Assembly: GCA_944390445.1 (NCBI GenBank)
Contig: CALXQB010000002.1
Location: 1 to 39,849, forward strand
DNA length: 39,849 nucleotides
Origin: an uncultured Clostridia bacterium
GTDB taxonomy: Bacteria; Bacillota; Clostridia; TANB77; CAG-508
Direction: 5' to 3'
A program made the position numbers and the translations under genes. Below are positions 35,715-39,849 of the stretch, one piece after another (the stretch's first letter is position 1; every line of letters begins with the position of its first letter). Under the pieces are notes generated by a model, which did no database searches, had not been told where the DNA came from, and was given only the letters and a program-made list of their open reading frames with translations.

Positions 35715-36491
35715 GTGAAGAACATATTTAAAAATATTTATAACTATAGAGAATTATTAAAAACAAATATCAAAAAAGAAATAAGAGGGAAATACAAACA
35801 TTCTTTTTTAGGGGTCTTGTGGTCTTTCTTAAATCCATTGCTTCAATTAGCTGTATATGCTATTATTTTTCCATTAATTTTAAAAGATGCACAAGAAAAT
35901 TATGTCATATTTTTATGCGTAGCATTAATTCCGTGGACGTTCTTTAGTACAGTTGTAACGCAGTCAGCGGCTGTTATTATTAATAATAGTAATATCATCA
36001 AAAAAGTATATTTTCCGAGGGAAATTTTGCCTATTTCTGTGGTAACTAGTGCAACTGTCAATTTTCTTATTTCAACAATTATAATCTTATTTTTTATATT
36101 ATTTTACAGAGCAGGATTTTCATGGTATATCGTATTTTATCCTTTTATTTTATTAATACAATACCTATTATCTTTGGGAATTTCTTTTCTAATATCAAGT
36201 CTTACAGTATACTTAAGAGACCTAGAGCATCTGATAGGGGTGGCTATAATGATGTTATTTTATGCAACACCAATTGCTTATTCTAGTGATTCTATTCCAG
36301 GAGAATTTCAATTTATAATGAGATTAAACCCAATGGCCTATATTATAGATGCTTATAGAGATATTTTTTATTACCAAACTATGCCGGAACTTAAATCATT
36401 GGGAATTTTACTTATTATTACAATTGCACTTGTTGTTATAGGATATATTGTATTTAATAAATTACAAAAAGGTTTTGCAGAAGAATTATAA
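35715..36491 (+). CDS. ABC-2 type exporter permease (Wzm/TagG-like)
   Basis: It has six TM segments and the family N-terminal pattern YRELLKTNIKKEIRGKYKHSFLGVLWSFLNPL. The start is set at the GTG at 35715, 9 nt after RBS aaggag. The ORF-track ATG at 35685 lies inside the repeat element. Confidence 0.85.
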   Translation: MKNIFKNIYNYRELLKTNIKKEIRGKYKHSFLGVLWSFLNPLLQLAVYAIIFPLILKDAQENYVIFLCVALIPWTFFSTVVTQSAAVIINNSNIIKKVYFPREILPISVVTSATVNFLISTIIILFFILFYRAGFSWYIVFYPFILLIQYLLSLGISFLISSLTVYLRDLEHLIGVAIMMLFYATPIAYSSDSIPGEFQFIMRLNPMAYIIDAYRDIFYYQTMPELKSLGILLIITIALVVIGYIVFNKLQKGFAEEL

Positions 36492-36530
36492 ATATTACAT
36501 GTAATATAAAAGAAAAATTAGGGAGGACTT

Positions 36531-38813
36531 ATGAACGAAGAAGAGAAATACTTTAATTATAGCTTAGAACCAGGAAAGATTATAGAAGAAAAAGCAAATT
36601 ATGATGGAGGTAAACCGCTAATTAGTATTATTACAGCTTACTATAATTGCAAAGAATATATAGAACAAACTGCAAATTCAGTATTTAATCAAACTTTTCC
36701 GTTTTGGGAGTGGATAATTGTAAATGATGGAAGTACGGAAGCAGGAACTGAAGAATTATTAAACGAACTTGAAAGAAAAGATGAGAGGATAAAAGTATAT
36801 CACAAAAGAAATGAGGGAAGATTGATTGCCAGAGATTATGCAATATCAAAAACTACCTCAGATATTATTTATATGTTGGACTCGGATGATCTAATAGACA
36901 AAACACTGTTGGAATGTGGTTATTGGACATTATATACAAACCCAGAAGCTAAGTGGGCATATTCAAACTGTGTTAATTTTGAAGGAATGGAATTTTTATA
37001 TAAACCAGAATTTAATTCAGAACAACAAAAGAAAGAAAATCTAATTATAGGAAGTTCATTTATAAGGAAAGCAGCCTTATTAGAAGTGGGGGGCTATAAT
37101 GCCGTTGACAAAGATGTACACGAAGATTGGCATTTATGGCTTAGAATGTTAGAGAAAAATTACTTTCCTGTAAAAATGAATTACTATGGATTTTGGTATC
37201 GAAAAAGAAAGGGAAGTGTCTTAGATAGTTTTAAGAAAAATAAAAAAAGGGAAAAGCATGCAAGAAAAGTAATCAAAGAACAAGCAAAAAAAATAAATGA
37301 ATATATTCAAGCTATACAATATCCTGTTAGTTCTGGTAGCGGATTTTATACTTATCCAACTATTTTTGAATGGAATAGAGAAGCAATATATAAAAAAGGA
37401 GAGAAAAAAAGGTTGTTATTCATACTCCCATGGTTTGTATTTGGTGGAGCCGATAAGTTTAACTATGATTTGATTTCTAGATTAAATCAAGATAAATATG
37501 ACATAACAATTGTAACAACCGAACCATGCGACTATATATGGAGACAAAAATTTGAAAAATTTGCGGAAATATTTGATTTGACAACTTTTTTACATAGAAA
37601 AGAATGGGCTGCTTTTTTACACTATATAATAAAATCTAGAGAAATTGATTTGGTAATGTTATCTAATAGCTATTATGGATATTATATTGTTCCTTGGTTA
37701 AAATCTGAATTCCCTGATGTTATTTTTACGGATTATATCCATGCACATGATTGGAGCTGGAGAAACGGTGGATATCCTAGAGAATCGATAGCTATATCAA
37801 ATTTTTTGGACAAAACTTATACATGCAATAATTATGTTAAAAATGTTATGTTCTATGATATGGATAGGAAAAACAAAAATGTAGAAACAGTATACGTTGG
37901 TGTGGATACAGAAGAGTTTGATGAAAAGAAAGTAGAATATACGGGTGAAATTGATTTCGAAAAACTAAAGAACAAAAAGATAATTTTATTTATATGCAGA
38001 ATTGTAGAATTAAAACGCCCAATTTTCATGTTAAGAGTTTTTAAAGAAGTTTTAAATAGAGAAAAAGATGCTGTATTGCTTGTAGTAGGAGATGGGGAAC
38101 AACTAGCAGAAATGAAATTAAAGGCAAAAGAATTAAATATAAAAGATAATACCATTTTTACGGGAATGCAAAGTAATGTAAAACCTTTTTATAAAGTTGC
38201 AGCTGTTACAGTTATATGTTCTCTAACAGAAGGATTAGCAGTAACCTCTTATGAATCTTTGGCCATGTCTACACCTATTGTAACGTCAGATGTTGGTGGA
38301 CAAAGTGAATTAGTAGATGATACATGTGGAAAAGTAATTCCATTAATGCAAAGTGTAGAAAAAGATTTATTCAATAGAAAATATAAACAAGAGGAGATAG
38401 AATCTTATGTTAATGCAATTTTAGAAATTATAAATTCAAAGGACTATGAAAAAATAAAAGAAAATTGTCGAAAGAAAATAGAAGATAAATTCTCAACAGA
38501 AATAATGGTAAGAAGGTTAGATAATAGTTTTACTAAACTTATAGAAAAGGGCACACAAATAGACAGAAATATTTTAAAAAATCAAGAACTGTTTGAGCAA
38601 TATTTAGTCCTATATAACGAAATCGATAAAAGAAACTACAATCCTGAAGAAGGTGGAGTCACCGATAGAAATACGAACTATAGAACAGCAAATCTAAAAA
38701 GTAGATTATGGAGTAATCCGTTATATAGAATTACAGTAAAAGGATTGAAGAAAGCTGGAATATGGGAAAGACTGAAAGAAAAATATAAATCAAGGAGAGA
38801 AAAAGATGTATAA
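36531..38813 (+). CDS. Two-domain glycosyltransferase (N-terminal GT2, C-terminal GT4/GT-B)
   Basis: The N-terminal part carries LISIITAYYNCKEYI, IIVNDGST and MLDSDD. The C-terminal part carries FVFGGADKF, LLVVGDG and TEGLAVTSYESLAMSTPIVTSDVGGQSELV. RBS gggagg is present. Confidence 0.8.
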   Translation: MNEEEKYFNYSLEPGKIIEEKANYDGGKPLISIITAYYNCKEYIEQTANSVFNQTFPFWEWIIVNDGSTEAGTEELLNELERKDERIKVYHKRNEGRLIARDYAISKTTSDIIYMLDSDDLIDKTLLECGYWTLYTNPEAKWAYSNCVNFEGMEFLYKPEFNSEQQKKENLIIGSSFIRKAALLEVGGYNAVDKDVHEDWHLWLRMLEKNYFPVKMNYYGFWYRKRKGSVLDSFKKNKKREKHARKVIKEQAKKINEYIQAIQYPVSSGSGFYTYPTIFEWNREAIYKKGEKKRLLFILPWFVFGGADKFNYDLISRLNQDKYDITIVTTEPCDYIWRQKFEKFAEIFDLTTFLHRKEWAAFLHYIIKSREIDLVMLSNSYYGYYIVPWLKSEFPDVIFTDYIHAHDWSWRNGGYPRESIAISNFLDKTYTCNNYVKNVMFYDMDRKNKNVETVYVGVDTEEFDEKKVEYTGEIDFEKLKNKKIILFICRIVELKRPIFMLRVFKEVLNREKDAVLLVVGDGEQLAEMKLKAKELNIKDNTIFTGMQSNVKPFYKVAAVTVICSLTEGLAVTSYESLAMSTPIVTSDVGGQSELVDDTCGKVIPLMQSVEKDLFNRKYKQEEIESYVNAILEIINSKDYEKIKENCRKKIEDKFSTEIMVRRLDNSFTKLIEKGTQIDRNILKNQELFEQYLVLYNEIDKRNYNPEEGGVTDRNTNYRTANLKSRLWSNPLYRITVKGLKKAGIWERLKEKYKSRREKDV

Positions 38814-39849
38814 TGTTGAAGTTTTCTTGAAATACTGCTTTGTTTATTTGATTATAATGTCAAATTCCATATTTATAGGATATAAATGTAGTAAAAAATT
38901 AGCTCAAACGATTGCACCGTCTGTAATGATGATAATGATATTAACTTATGGATTTGGACTGTTGAAACAATTGCGTGTAGGAGTAGCAATAATTTCAATA
39001 ATATGCATTGTACTTGGAGTATATGCTATTATTAAAATGATCTTAGGTAAAAAAATAAAAAAATATTTGAAAGAAAATATAGCTGTATTAATCATTTTTT
39101 CTACTATATTTTTCTTGTTTGGATTCACTACATATGACAGATTATTTACAGCTGCTGATGACTATGGCTATTGGAGTATGGCAGCCAAAAACATGTATTA
39201 TTTAGATGATTTCATTACCAATGAAAATGCTGTAATAAAAACGGTATATCCTCCATTCCCTACAATATTACAATACTTTTTTGAAAAGATTATTGGAGAA
39301 GACAGACAAGGCATACAACTATTTGCATCAATGATTTTTGGTTTTTCATTATTGATGCCATTATTTAAAAATTTGAAAAAACAAAGAAAAATTGCTGTTT
39401 TAAGTTTGTTTGCAATAGTACTTGCAATACCTGCAATATTTGCAGAATCATTTTTTTATGGAATGATTTACGTTGATACTTTATATGGACTTCTTCTAGG
39501 ATATTTGCTTTTAGAGTATTATACATCAGAAAAAGATAAATTTTTATATTTTATTATAGGACTTTCTCTTGCAGTAATATCCTTAATTAAACCAACAGGC
39601 CTTTTTATAGCAGTAATTACTGTGCTTATTTTATTAATTGATTATGGAATTCATTATATGATGAATAGAAAGACAAATAAAATTAAGGAAAATATTAAGG
39701 GGTTATTTAAATGGAGAAATATATTCCCATTTATAATTTTAATATTGATCCCAATTTTCGCTTTAGGTTCATGGGAGTTATACAAATCTTTCTCAGAAAC
39801 TACCAATATATATGAATCAGCTGAAAAAGATTATGAAGGAAGCATGATA
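38806..39849 (+). CDS. Polytopic membrane protein, 3'-truncated by the window end (possible GT-C-type glycosyltransferase or polymerase)
   Basis: The ORF is absent from the track because it has no stop. The ATG at 38806 follows RBS aaggagag (38792-38799) and overlaps the upstream stop. My manual translation stays open for 348 codons to the last base and shows many hydrophobic segments. Confidence 0.6.
   Translation, partial: MYNVEVFLKYCFVYLIIMSNSIFIGYKCSKKLAQTIAPSVMMIMILTYGFGLLKQLRVGVAIISIICIVLGVYAIIKMILGKKIKKYLKENIAVLIIFSTIFFLFGFTTYDRLFTAADDYGYWSMAAKNMYYLDDFITNENAVIKTVYPPFPTILQYFFEKIIGEDRQGIQLFASMIFGFSLLMPLFKNLKKQRKIAVLSLFAIVLAIPAIFAESFFYGMIYVDTLYGLLLGYLLLEYYTSEKDKFLYFIIGLSLAVISLIKPTGLFIAVITVLILLIDYGIHYMMNRKTNKIKENIKGLFKWRNIFPFIILILIPIFALGSWELYKSFSETTNIYESAEKDYEGSMI

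Noticed and set aside
1-39849. CRISPR arrays, tRNA/rRNA genes, and IS elements, transposases, integrases or prophage genes.
   Set aside because: The repeated elements are not regularly spaced direct repeats with unique spacers. I saw no cloverleaf-like GC-rich 70-90-nt segments and no rRNA-like sequence. No ORF shows DDE, HUH, tyrosine-recombinase or serine-recombinase motifs. The window looks like core chromosome plus a glycan locus.

Overview
This is an AT-rich chromosomal segment from an endospore-forming Firmicute that looks like Clostridia. All calls come from reading the sequence and ORF track by eye; no searches or computations were run.

Gene content, left to right:
- **Cell-envelope block (531-8287):** class A PBP, FemABX-type transferase, an atypical alanine-racemase-family enzyme, a DUF1189 membrane protein and FtsH.
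- **RluA pseudouridine synthase and SecG.**
- **Repeat-rich gap (9721-10152)** with no large ORF.
- **gerA-type germinant receptor operon, minus strand (10153-14423):** the A and C genes are intact. The B gene is frameshifted. An unannotated 54-aa two-TM ORF follows the C gene.
- **Tight cassette (14543-16574):** PHP phosphoesterase, a 67-aa ORF and a zeta-toxin homologue.
- **spoIVA,** broken by a 1-nt frameshift.
- **Assorted genes:** a hexapeptide-repeat transferase, an orphan pilin-like protein with an FGE-sulfatase-like domain, mgtA, a holin-4-like membrane protein, a DUF421/DUF4363 pair, an HD hydrolase and NagZ.
- **Glycan locus (27220 to the window end, about 12.6 kb):** GT2, GT4, a Wzy/O-antigen-ligase-like protein, an ABC-2 exporter, a fused GT2-GT4 and a partial polytopic membrane protein.

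No rRNA, tRNA, CRISPR array, transposase or integrase was seen.

The most unusual signals are:
1. Three families of structured intergenic repeats: a nested-palindrome element of about 200 nt in two copies, a GC-hairpin leader element in four to five copies always just upstream of + strand genes, and a long AT-rich palindrome with compensatory substitutions.
2. The PHP / small ORF / zeta-toxin cassette.
3. Frameshifts in two sporulation or germination genes.
4. An (AC)12 microsatellite inside a possible His/Thr-repeat micro-ORF.
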